From: Rhynchobatus australiae
Lineage: Eukaryota
DNA length: 64,000 nucleotides
Assembly: GCA_034780895.1 (NCBI GenBank)
Contig: JAUZTB010000107.1
Location: forward strand, 63,378,413 to 63,442,412
Direction of reading: 5' to 3'
The position numbers and the translations under genes were made by a program. This document shows positions 50,644-62,826 of this stretch, piece after piece (the first letter of the stretch is position 1; every line of letters begins with the position of its first letter). Under the pieces are notes generated by a model, which saw only the letters and a program-made list of their open reading frames with translations, did no database searches and was not told the origin of the DNA.

Positions 50644-51981
50644 NNNNNNNNNNNNNNNNNNNNNNNNNNNNNNNNNNNNNNNNNNNNNNNNNNNNNNNNN
50701 NNNNNNNNNNNNNNNNNNNNNNNNNNNNNNNNNNNNNNNNNNNNNNNNNNNNNNNNNNNNNNNNNNNNNTTAAAAAACCACTGAATGCCATTTGCTCTGG
50801 TCAAGAGCCAGCACAAGCATGATGGGCCAAATGGCCTCTCTGCTATACCGTTCTATGATTCTGTGAAATCTGTGGTATAGTCACACTGAAGTTCCAAATG
50901 GGTTACCACAGTTCGTTCTTTAGATCTCAAATCCCACCCCATTACTACAAATGGTCCGAGACATTATAATTGCACACAAGTACACTGAAATTTGTAATTC
51001 TGATCCCACCCCTGTGCAGTGATGTGACAATTCAGTGTGGATGGAATTTTCACTTTCATGAAGGTAAAAACTGTGACCGTCCTCTGCTGTGAGCTCAAAG
51101 TGTCCCGTCAATGTAAGAATACCCACATGTTCATCCTGTGCCATCATATTTTACAGAAAGACCATAAATCTCAAAAGCATGGCACCATTCTCAGTGTGGC
51201 AGGCTACCTCAGCCAGATTATGTTCAAAGGCATTTTGAAGGTCGTCTATGAGGTTGAGAAGCAATAACAGAATGAGTCACTCTTCACGGGTGAGGAGGTA
51301 ACACAGCTGATGCCTTAGACTGCTGAGTAACTTTAAGGAGGCAAGAGCTGATATATTCCTAAGTACCTAGTGGGGGAACTGATTGGGGTAGGGGCAGATT
51401 TCAATGCTTTTGTCAGGGGGAAGTTATCCTCCTTAATTAGGCAGTGGCTAATAGTCGGTCTGGTACAAAGGTGGGAGAGGTGGAATGCTCCAAGTAAGTT
51501 TGTTGGATGTGGAGTGAACACTCATGTTCTTTGCCTTTAATACCCCCTTTCAAATCCTAGCTTTCCTTGACTTAGGAAAACCAATGACATGGGTCACAAT
51601 AAAATGGCTATTGAAGTGAAGGCAGGTTACCAAATTATAATAAGCACTTCCTCCAAATAGATTAATCCCCTTCTCCTTGTTCCTCCTCTTTTGAAACAGT
51701 CAGAATCCTCTTTCACATCTTCTGAAATTTAACGTCTGATCCAACACATTCAAGTTTAGCTTGCAATTTCAAAATTTGAATGCGCTGGTAAATTGGGGGT
51801 TATAATTGTTACTGCATGTGGAAAGTGCTGAAGGATCAAATACATAGGGTACAGGATAGGTATNNNNNNNNNNNNNNNNNNNNNNNNNNNNNNACAGTTA
51901 ATTACAACATAGTCTATCTTGGTGAGCAAAAAAATGATGAAACCATGCTCATTAGAAAATATCAAAGTGAGAATTGATTGT

Positions 51982-51983
<2 letters not shown>

Positions 51984-52018
<35 letters not shown>

Positions 52019-52035
52019 CACACACACACACACAC
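51984..52035. repeat. (TA)n(CA)n microsatellite
   Basis: Read directly. Confidence 0.95.
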
Positions 52036-54459
52036 AAATCACTGAAAGTTGCATCCCAGGTTAATAAGACCATAAAAAATCGCCTACAAATTGGAGGGAT
52101 AAAATTGAAAGTTGTGCGTGTAATTAGCCACAACCAGAGTACTGAACAGTTCTGGTCTGGATATAAAGTCACTGGAGAAACTATAACAGAAGATGATTTG
52201 AAGGTGATAACAAAACTGAAAAGATATGTTCACTGGGAAACATTGCACAGGATGGGACTTATTCTCTGCAAAAGAGAAAGCTGAAGGGATGCCTTATAGA
52301 ACTCTAAGAAAATGAAATGGTTTGGTGCGATTGATGTAGAGAAAGTGGACTAGAAATTGAACCACTCCTTAAAAGGCATTGTTGGGGCACACTTATTGGT
52401 ATTGTGCAAAGCATTATCTGAAATGTAATAGGATATGTACACTTAAACACACATAATCACCTTCTGTGCACAGGTTCTCATCATTGTACGTGGGGGAAGC
52501 CAGTAGGGCTGCAGATCAAGAGATGTCAATGGAGAGGTCAGAGGAACAGCAGGTGGTGGCAGGAAGGTGATCAAGGGGGAGGGAAAGGATCTGGGAGGTT
52601 GAGAGACACAGGGAGAGGGTTGGCGAAGATATGATAGATTGGGTTATGATTGGGGAGGTAATCAAGAGGAGAGGTCAAGGAGATGATAGGATTCTTGGGC
52701 ATCAAAGGTATGGAAAGTGAGAGCAAAGACTGAGAAAGCACGTTGCAAGGCAAAACCCACTTTAACCAACACTAAAGAAATGTCAGCTCTCCCTTTAATT
52801 CCTGTTTCAGTTACAAGGTTCATAACATTTGCGCATATAACATGCAGTGAATGCTGTTTGATTGCAGTGGATAGTACCAGTAGCCTCCATGTCATACATA
52901 CAGAAACCGTGGAACAAAAATATAGAAGTGACCTAAATAGCTAATCACATTATTAATAAAATTCCCATTGCATTGTGCACAAAGACATTATGTAATGTGA
53001 GGGATTTTAAGGCCGATATTTGCATGACTGGGGAAGGCCAATAACACAGGCCATAAATATAAAGTAGAAATAACAGGCTAATTCTCATGGGCTGATTACT
53101 CTTGATCCAACCACCATCTGCAAACAATACTCACAATAATCCACACTTCCCGACCACAAGGCCTCAAGTAATAACCGTGCCTCAGGCAATGGAATATCGC
53201 CCCAGTGCCTCCCCTGNNNNNNNNNNNNNNNNNNNNNNNNNNNNNNNNNNNNNNNNNNNNNNNNNNNNNNNNNNNNNNNNNNNNNNNNNNNNNNNNNNNN
53301 NNNNNNNNNNNNNNNNNNNNNNNNNNNNNNNNNNNNNNNNNNNNNNNNNNNNNNNNNNNNNNNNNNNNNNNNNNNNNNNNNNNNNNNNNNNNNNNNNNNN
53401 NNNNNNNNNNNNNNNNNNNNNNNNNNNNNNNNNNNNNNNNNNNNNNNNNNNNNNNNNNNNNNNNNNNNNNNNNNNNNNNNNNNNNNNNNNNNNNNNNNNN
53501 NNNNNNNNNNNNNNNNNNNNNNNNNNNNNNNNNNNNNNNNNNNNNNNNNNNNNNNNNNNNNNNNNNNNNNNNNNNNNNNNNNNNNNNNNNNNNNNNNNNN
53601 NNNNNNNNNNNNNNNNNNNNNNNNNNNNNNNNNNNNNNNNNNNNNNNNNNNNNNNNNNNNNNNNNNNNNNNNNNNNNNNNNNNNNNNNNNNNNNNNNNNN
53701 NNNNNNNNNNNNNNNNNNNNNNNNNNNNNNNNNNNNNNNNNNNNNNNNNNNNNNNNNNNNNNNNNNNNNNNNNNNNNNNNNNNNNNNNNNNNNNNNNNNN
53801 NNNNNNNNNNNNNNNNNNNNNNNNNNNNNNNNNNNNNNNNNNNNNNNNNNNNNNNNNNNNNNNNNNNNNNNNNNNNNNNNNNNNNNNNNNNNNNNNNNNN
53901 NNNNNNNNNNNNNNNNNNNNNNNNGGAACTTAGCAGTTGCTGAGTGAATGACAGAAATGCATTTAAGGGTAGCTCAGATAAACAAGGAGAAAACGGTGTG
54001 GAAGGTGCTGCATTCTAGAAATTAGTGATGAGAATGGAGCATAATCTCCTGCTCAAACCTATCAGATCAACTAGTCTTTCTCTGCACTGCAGATTCAACA
54101 TCATTTTCAATGTGATCTACAGCCGACAGCATAGAGAATGCATGATCTGACATGTTTAAGTAGGCGGTGGGAAGATTCATCGGGGGAGATTGCAATTTTG
54201 CAAGAGCCTCTGCATGAATCATTGCTATAGTGACTTGACTTGCAATAACGCACACGTGCCCAAACACAGAACCATACAGGTGTCATTATTTACTTTCCAG
54301 CACCTGCCTTTCAGTGAGAAGCAGAAGAGGCACTGATGGGAAAGAGACAGACTGTTCTCAGTAATGACGCAGAACCATCTCAATCTGTAAATCGTTATCG
54401 TAGGCATTTGGAATTCCAAGGATCCTGAGGTGAAACCTTCTTATCTAATCCTCCCAGCC

Positions 54460-54690
54460 GTGGCACTGCAGGTCGCGCAGCTGCCTCAGTTCCAGCAGTC
54501 TGGGTTCAATCTTGACCTTTGGTGCTATCTGTATGGAGTTTGTATCCTCTCCTGTGACTTCATTGTCTTCCTCCGAATGCTCTGGTTTCTTCCCACATCC
54601 CAAAGACATACTGGTTGTTAGGTTAATTTGCTACCTAAGTTGCACTTGGTGTTGGTGGATGGTGGGAGAATAGCTTGAAAATGATAGAAT
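54460..54690 (+). mobile_element. HE1-type SINE
   Basis: gctgcctcagttccagcagtctgggttcaatcttgacc..ggtgctatctgtatggagtttg...cccacatcccaaagac. Confidence 0.8.
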
Positions 54691-54845
54691 GAAGATTTGA
54701 TGGATAACTGTACTAACAGTAATCGCACAGATAGCACGAGATGTGTATAATAACACAGGTACACCGCTCTCTTAGCCAATGCCACAAAATTAATTATTTT
54801 CAGAAAAATTTAAAAATATTGCTTCCTTCAATTTTGCCCAGTCTT

Positions 54846-55015
54846 TGAAATCAGACGTGTTTAAAAGGCATTTAGATAGACACATGAACAGGCAGGGAAT
54901 TGAGGGATATCAACTGTGTGCAGGCAGATGTGCAGTTTCAATTAGCATCATGGTCAGCGCATACATCATGGGCCAAGGGGCCTGTTCCTGTGCTGTACTG
55001 TTCTATGAATCTAAA
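54846..55015 (+). mobile_element. HER1 LINE 3' tail
   Basis: tttaaaaggcatttagatagacacatgaac...gggccaaggggcctgttcctgtgctgtactgttctatg. Confidence 0.85.
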
Positions 55016-55889
55016 GATATTACCAGCATTCTCATAAATTTCTTCACATCGAGTACTTGGTCTCCTGGAGCCTAGTGGTCCCTGAGTGAAAATATTGTGG
55101 GCTCGTCAGTCGTGTAAGATAAACTGGACTTTGAGTTTAATACTTGAAAAGTTGCTGTACTATGGAAGATATTCAAATGAAATGTTAAAGCTGGATCCCC
55201 TCTTCCCCATCAAGAAGAGAGTAAAATATCCCATAGAACTACTGCAAATATATGTAGGGAAGTTCATTTCATTATCTTGGATATTAGTGCTAAAGCAAAG
55301 TCACAAAGTAGGTTAGTTCACCATAATTTATTTGCTGCTTATAGGCCTTAGTAACGTACAAATTTGTTGCCATGCATTTAACATTGCAACAAAATAATTA
55401 TCCTTCAAAAATTCTTAACTAGCTGTGAAGCTGTTTGATGTCCCGAGGGTAAGGAAATGTTAGATAAATGGAGTCTTCCTTCATTCTTGCTGCAGAAATT
55501 CATAGTGTTCTTTGTTCTTCATCCTCATCCTAGTGCCCGGCATATTGAATTTCACCTTCAGTAAACATGTAAATATTTTCCTAAAGCGCAATGTGGCACA
55601 ATGCACAGCATCTATTTGCAGTGCCTGCTCATTCCACATCATACTGTAAGGCACTTGTATTGCATTCAAAACCTTTTTGAACCTTGCTTGAACATGCCAT
55701 GGTCTGTACAATTGAAACTTGCCTCTGAAGGGAGCAAATTATGATTGAATCAAGATACCACAAACAAGTAAACAAGTTGCTCGGGAACTCGCCTTGCTTT
55801 CTGCACTTTTCTTGCATATTTTGGGAAAAGACTACAATTCTCTGCATTCATTTGTAGCTTCCAAAAGCAGTAATTTACTTGTACTTCTC

Positions 55890-56650
55890 CCAGTTGGATG
55901 TATTATACTTAGTATTCTGTATGTGGTCTCCTCTACATCCAAGATTGGGTGACTGCTTTCAAAACACTGCCTTTCTGTCTGACTCTAAGCTTCCAGGTAC
56001 CTGACACTATAATCCTCCGAAGAAGGATCCTGATCCGAATTGTTGAACGCCTGCTTTTCTCCATAGATGCTGCCTGGCCTGCTGAGTTCCTCCAGCGTCA
56101 TCATGTTTTTCCAGCATCTGCAGTCCTTTGTTTCTCCACCATAATTTCCTGCCCTCTGTCTTTATCCTCCTACACTGTCCTACTCAAAGAAGAGTTTTGC
56201 ATCTTCTGGATTGGCACATTACAGCCCCTCTGGCTCAAGACAGAATTCAACGGTTTCAGATAATCACCAAGTCCAGCTTTCTATCTTACATTTTCAGAAT
56301 TAACTGTGTTTCCTTTCCTCTTCTTCTGGTAACTTCAGATTTAATTTGCCTTCTCTGACTTTTACCACTCTACAACATTTTTTTTGTTACACTCTCACCT
56401 TCCTCTTTCAGTCAGCGCCTCCACCACTTCTAAAAATCACCCCCCCCACCCCCCGGTCTCCACACTGGCATTGCCTTTTCTTTCATTCTCACTACCTCTC
56501 TCCAACTTTAACCGCATCCTATTTTATCTCTTTTTTCTCAATTCTGATGGAAAGCCGCTGACCTGGAACATTAAATGTTTCTCTCTCCACGTACCCTACC
56601 TGACCTAACCATTTCTAGCATTTTCTTCTTTATTTCCTTCATCTCCTTCT
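55890..56650 (+). mobile_element. Nested Penelope-related fragments
   Basis: atagatgctgcctggcctgctgagttcctccagc; ttggcacattacagccc..ggctcaagacagaattcaac; attctgatggaaagcc..gacctggaacattaa. Confidence 0.65.
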
Positions 56651-56821
56651 GTGGGATGGGAAACAACAGCATTAATAGTTACACTTCTGTGAAGATCTGG
56701 GTGGCAGGGATGTTTAAAATTTTTTGTGTTGGAGTTAACGTGTGTTCAAAGGAAGGAACAGATGGTCAGAGTAAGACCAATACTTGATTTTAATACAATT
56801 CTTATCTTTTTTTTACATCTT

Positions 56822-57724
56822 GGATACATGCAGAACAGAAACAGGCCCTTCGGCCCACCGAGTCTGTGCTGACCATCAACTACCAATTTATACTAATCTA
56901 AATTAATCCCATTTTTTATTCTCCATTCAGTCCCATCAAGCCCCCAAGATCCTACCATTTACCTACACATCTGGGGCAATTTACAGCAGTGTAGATGGAA
57001 AGAATTCACACGGAGAAAGAATTCTGATGTACCTTCAGAACAAACTTGCTCTTTATTACAAGCTGACGTCAACAGGGGAGTCACTTGTCCTGCCATGAAT
57101 GCTCCCCGATCCAGAGTTTCCATTGTTCTTATACTATTCCTTATCTACTTTTCCCCTATTATCTCTACCCCACATGCGCTGTGTATACATAGAGTGAGGG
57201 AAGCCTTTTACAGTGTCAGGCTTCAGTGCCCATGTGCTACCTCGGCCATCAAGCTTGAGCACCTTGTGTGCTACATGAGCTGTGTGCAGTTCCGTCTTTA
57301 CGTTATATGTGCAATGTCAAGCTTCCATCCTGGAGCTTAGGGATGGTTGTTAGGCTGGTAACCAGGCATGTGTGTATTATAGTTCACTTTGGCCTGCGGT
57401 TTGTGGCTTAGGTTGGTTTGAACTGGTTCCAGACTTTCTCTGCCTGGTACCAACTCTGCAGAGTCCCCCTTTACCTCTCTGCTGCATGATCATCCTCTTG
57501 TTCTCTACTACAGTGCTGCAGAGCCATTTCATTATTTCCTACTACAAGCAGCCAATTAACCTACCTTTGGGATGTGGGAAGAAACCAGAGAATCTGGAAG
57601 AAATCCATACGGTCACAATAAGAAAGTGAAAACTCCATACAGACAGCACCTGAGGTCAGGATTTAACTTGAGCCTCTGGTGCAGTGAGGCTGTGGTTCCA
57701 CTTGCTGAGCCACTGTGCTGCCCA
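56822..57724 (-). mobile_element. HE1-type SINE split by an LTR insertion
   Basis: Tail aacaggcccttcggcccaccgagtc...ggggcaatttacagcag, then the insert, then ccaattaacctac...gaaaactccatacagacagcacctgaggtcagg...ccactgtgctgccc. Confidence 0.85.
56990..57546 (-). mobile_element. Solo LTR (557 bp) with 5-bp TSD AGCAG
   Basis: Starts TGTAG and ends CTACA; AGCAG at 56985-56989 and 57547-57551; AATAAA on the minus strand near 57055. Confidence 0.85.
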
Positions 57725-58025
57725 CTTTTTTAGGTAACAGGTTTAAAAAGGCTGTATTGGGGCAAACAGGAGAAAAATTTTCCACCCTGTACAAGGAATA
57801 AATGGCTGGCGAACAAAGCACAAAGAGTTTCTGCTTCTTTCTAGTCAGTCAAATGAAACAATCCAAAACAAGTTATGTCCCAATATCTTCACTTGGAATT
57901 CATCTCAAATCGTGCTTATGCGTCATCTGCAGTGACTGGTGCATCCTCTCCCTTGGTGTTTTGTGTATGGATAACTTGAACGTTACATTTGCGCACTGGT
58001 TTGATCATCTCCTTTGTAAGGAGTT

Positions 58026-58146
58026 CCACATGAATTACAGAGAAATGGAGGGCTATGTGGTTAAATAGATCTTAGAGCAGGATAAAATATTGGCACAACA
58101 TCGTGGGCCGAAGGGCCTGTACTGTGCTGTAATGTTCTATGTTCCT
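58026..58146 (+). mobile_element. HER1 LINE tail
   Basis: ggcacaacatcgtgggccgaagggcctgtactgtgctgtaatgttctatgttc. Confidence 0.85.
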
Positions 58147-59519
58147 GAAGGGCAGCTCTGGCCAGAAGACCTCTGACCTTTAATCTTTCAGAGATGACTG
58201 CAGGTGTGATCAGTTTGTAGTTGGTACAGCTATCATAGGTGGCTTTGTCAAACCGAATCTGGTTGTTGAGCTTGTCTCTTACTTTTCCCTCTGACCCTCT
58301 TCACCATCTTGGCCTTGCTCCTGANNNNNNNNNNCTGCATGTTCTTGCTTCAATCATGGGCTGTAATCTGTTTGTGTTTGTTTGTGTTGGGGTGTGGTCA
58401 TATCTGAAAGCCAGTGAAGCAGAAAACTATCCTCCAGCAATTTTATCTTTTATTAACACTTATCTTTATATGTTCTTTCACCTCCTCACTTCTCAATGCT
58501 GGCACTGTTTTCCTTTTCCCGATTTCTTTCCTCCCATTTTCCTTCTTCTTGCCATCATCAGAAGGCATGCTGCCACCTCAGAATCTGAGAGTGAGAGATC
58601 TTGTTGGATCTGGATCTGCCTGAACTTATTTGTCAGGTACATGCAATGAATAATGTTAAAATGAGAAGCGCGCCCTCCTGACAAATTAGTTAACGTAAAA
58701 ACCATGAAACTGTTTGATAATACACAAAATTGCATTCATAGTTTAGTGGATCATATTGCTTGTTATAGTGTTGAAGGACTAATTGCATTTCCGGCACTGG
58801 CACAATAAGCAAGTAGCCTACTTCTGTGTTGTAAGATTCCTTGATCCAATGAACATTTCTGCCTGGAGAGAATGTTGTCTTGGTGATAATGCATTTCCCT
58901 GGATGCGTGAAAATGATAATGTAGCAAGGGACAAATTGGTGCATCAGCTGTGGCTTACATGTTAGCTCTTCTCTCCTGCCTCTCTTCCTAAACCAGCTCC
59001 TGGGGGAGATCTAAAAGCTTCAGCAACTTCCTCTTCTGTTTCTGAAGCCATCCTGCAAATTGGTGGGGTAAATTTTCGACCCTGTAGATGTGACCCAAGT
59101 ACGTGCATTAGTCATCTGTTCTCACGAACACAGAATTTTTATTTCCAATGATTCTAATCAAGGGAATTTTAAGGTGAACCAATCCACAAGCTCAGTTCCA
59201 CTCATGGTTGTAAATCAAAAATTCCAAGCTCCCAACTACATATCCCACTCCCTATAATTCAATGTCTTCCTGGAAACGAAATCCCCAACTTCTTTTTGTC
59301 AGAGAGCAGTTGCTGAATGTGTCATCTATTTTGTTTTAGTTACTCTTTTCAGAGGCTTGTTCTTGCACCACTTGGATGATTTTTGCAGATAATGAAAGAT
59401 TTACTGAATGTAATATTTTTGGAATTGAAATACGACCTTCTTCAAGCTTTACCTCTGAATTTATTTACTGTTCTATTGCACTATTTTACTTTGAACCAAT
59501 AGATATCGCCATAAATTCA

Positions 59520-60210
59520 GTTAAGAAGCAAGAGTAGGACACTCAGCTCCTCTGATCTGGTCTGTCATATGATTATGGCTGATCAGATTATATCTTCAAT
59601 TCTGCATTCCTGCCTGGGTCCAGCAGCCTCTCACACTCTTGCTTTTCTACCTCTGCCATAAAACTATCAAGATTTCACTACCCTTTGAAGAAGAAAGTTC
59701 CAAAAACTCTCAAAACCCTGAGGAAAAAAAAGTCTCATCTCTATCTTAAATGGCTGATCCTTATTTTTAAATAGTGATTCCCGGTTCTTGATCCTTCCAT
59801 TCGGTGAAATGTGCATTCCGTATCCACCCTGTCATGACCTGAACCTTTAACTCTGTTTCTCTTTCCACAAATGCTGCCTGTCCACCTGAGTATTTTCACC
59901 ATTTTCTTTCTTTATTTCAGATTTCTAGCATCTGCAGTTTATTCCCCTCTCACTCTTCTAAGTTCTAGCAAATACAGGCCTCACCTGTGCAATCTTTCCT
60001 CATAAGACAATCTGACCATTTCAGGTATTAGTCTGTTAAGCCTACTCTGTACTGCATCCAATGCATTTACATCCTTCCTTAAATAGGGAGGAAAATACTG
60101 TACACAGTACTACAGATGTGGTCTCATCAATGCCCAGTATAACTGAAGCATAACCTCACTTATTTTGCATTCAGTTCCCCTGCCCTAAATAATAACTTTC
60201 TTTCAGCCTT
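59520..60210 (-). mobile_element. CR1 LINE 3' fragment with a small Penelope-end insert
   Basis: aagaagcaagagtaggacactcagctcctc...tactgtacacagtactacagatgtggtctc (RPHL.YCVQY antisense). Confidence 0.7.
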
Positions 60211-60239
60211 GTCTTTAGCATTCACATGCTGGGCACAGC

Positions 60240-61140
60240 TATGTTGAGAGTGGGGATGGTTTCAGTGTCACCTTCTGTTTAATTGACCACTGCCTTTCAT
60301 GACTCTGGCAGGACTACAGAGCTATATTCTTTGTGGGATCACTTAGCTCTAACCATTGCATGCTGCTTTTGCTGTTTAGCATGCAGGTAGTCCAGCTCAC
60401 TGGGATGGAATCCTCATTTTTGGGTACACTGCCTTCCCCCCACCCCCCTCCAGTACTGCTGCAGCATCCCTCAGTAAAGCAGAGTTGATCCCTTGACTTG
60501 ATAGCAACAGTGCGAGAGACAGCCTATGAGCTCACTGATGGTGGTGCTTGATATTTATGCTGCCAGTTCTGAGCTGCCAGATCTGAACTGAGTCTATCCA
60601 ATTTAGCATGTGCGTTGTGCCATACAACATGATGAAGGTGTCTTCAGTGTGAAGATGGAACTTGTACCCCAGAAGAACCATGCAATGGTCACTGTTACTA
60701 ATACTGTTATGGACAGGTGCATTGGCCAAAGATAGATTGGTGAAGAGCAGGTCAAATGAGTTTATCCCTCGTGTTGGCTTGCTTACCTTCAAGCTAGCTT
60801 TATCCTTCAGGACTTGGTCAGCCAGCTCAGTTAGTGGTGATGCTACCAAATGGCTCTTGGTGATGGACAGTGAAGGCCCCCACCCACAGAAGAATCAACA
60901 TGGAGGAATATTAATAAGTTTAGAGAGGACAGTAATGATAATTGGGACAAGATTTTCTTGTCAATATACAAGCTGATTCCTTGAGACTTCATAGGATCTG
61001 GATTCAATGCTGATAATTCCTTGGATTATTCCCTCCTGCCTGTATCACCATCATAATTGGATATGTCCTGCAGGAAGGATGGAATGTAGCAGGGAGTGTG
61101 ACAGAGGAGTATGGCATCTTATTCACAAAAATGATAATGT
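60240..61140 (-). mobile_element. Ancient CR1-clade LINE endonuclease-region fragment
   Basis: Minus ORF KPTRGINSFDLLFTNL...HNSISNSDHCMV. Confidence 0.7.
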
Positions 61141-61189
61141 CAGGTTCATGCTTGATTAGTTTGTACTTTAGTAACCAGATGTTTGTGAG

Positions 61190-61902
61190 AAGGACTTTGA
61201 AATGGGGTGCAAGTGGGGTCCAAGTCCATAGTTCCCTGAAAGTGGCTGCACAAGTTGATAGGGTAGTAAAGAAGGCATATGGCATTATTAGTCAAGGCAC
61301 TGAATTCAAGAGCCAGGGGGTTATGTTGCAGCTTTATAAAACTCTGGTTAGGCTGCATCTGGAGTATTACATTCAATTCTGTTCACCTCATTATAGGAAG
61401 GATGTGGAGGCTTTGGGGAGGGTGCAGAAGAGGTTTACCAGGATTCTGCCTGGATTACAGGGGATATGCTCTGAGGAGAAGTTGGACAAACTTGGGTTGC
61501 TTTTTCTGGAGCCATAGAGGATAAGGGGAGACCCGACAGGAGTTTATAAAATTGTGAGAGGCACAGATAGAGTAGATAGCCAGTATCTTTTTTCTGGTTG
61601 AAGTGTCTAATACTAGAGGGAATGCATTTAAGGTGAGGGGGGGGAGTTCAAAGGAGATGTGAGGGGCAGGTTTTTTACACATAGAATGATGGGTCCCTGG
61701 AAGGTTCTGTCAGGGGTGGTGGTGGAGGCAAATACAAAAGAGGCCTTTAAGAGGTTCTTAATAGGCATATGAATATGCAGAGAATGGAGGGATATGGATG
61801 TGTAGGCAGAAGGGACTACTTTAGTAGGCTTTTAGTTACCAGTTTACTTTGCACAACATCGTGGGCAGAAGGGCTTGTTTCTGTGCTGTGCTGTTTCTAT
61901 CT
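61190..61902 (+). mobile_element. HER1/CR1 LINE 3' end
   Basis: GVQVHSSLKVAAQVDRVVKKAYG...LQLYKTLVRLHLEYYIQFCSPHYRKDVEALGRVQKRFTRILPGL; tail cacaacatcgtgggcagaagggc. Confidence 0.93.
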
Positions 61903-62514
61903 AGGAAATGTTTACTGGGCTGGGAGTGACTTTGCCGTATCTAAATTCAATGTCAAGTTCAAGTCAAGGCAGTCCATCCAGTTTTGTTCTGTTTCTGTTT
62001 TGATAAAGTGATTAAGATACAACTGTGGTTTGCTCAGCTGCATAAGAGCTGACCACCTTGCTGCAGATCTGGACATTGGCCAAACCGGATAAGGATGGTG
62101 CATTTCCTTCCTTGAAGGCTTTTGGAAACAGCAGTTTAGTTTCATGGAATAGTTGTAAATTCTAGATTATTGATTGAATTTAAGATCTGCAGTTGCCATG
62201 GTGGGATTTGAGCTCATGTCTCTGGTTTGTTAACCCAAATCTCTGCATTATTAGTCTGCTAACTTAAGCAAAGCACCTTCACAACATCTGGAATATTGCA
62301 ACTGTCTGCAGGGGAAGTGAGGAAATTGTAGGAGGATTTTATAACAGTATTTACAATTATGAAGGGACAGAGTTGATAAAGAACTTTTTAAAGGAATTGT
62401 GGCATCTGGAATGAAGAATTAAGAATATCAGGATATACTTTAGGTTGTGAACAAAGGACAAGAGAGATGTCTCTACTACAGAGGTAATGAGTGTAGAATA
62501 CACTAATAGAGCAG

Positions 62515-62826
62515 AGGCCATATTAATGCAGTGGTTAGCATAACACTATTGCAGTGCCAGTGACCCAGGTTCAATTCCAGCCACTGTCTGTAAGGAGTTT
62601 GTACATTCTCCCCGTAACTGTGTGGGTTTCCTCTGGGTGCTCTGGTTTCCTCCCACATTCCAAAGGCGTACAAGTTAGGAAGTTGTGGGCATGCTATGTT
62701 GGCGCCAGAAGTGTGGGGACACTTGCAGGCTGCCCGGAATACTCTACACAAAGACGCATTTTACTGTGTTTCAATGTACATGTGACTAATAAAGATCTTA
62801 ATCTCAATCTTAAATCTTAATCTTAA
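62515..62826 (+). mobile_element. tRNA-derived SINE (HE1-like head, Rex1-type tail with aatctt repeats)
   Basis: gcagtggttagcataacact...gacccaggttcaattcc...tactgtgtttcaatgtacatgtgactaataaagatcttaatctcaatctt. Confidence 0.8.
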
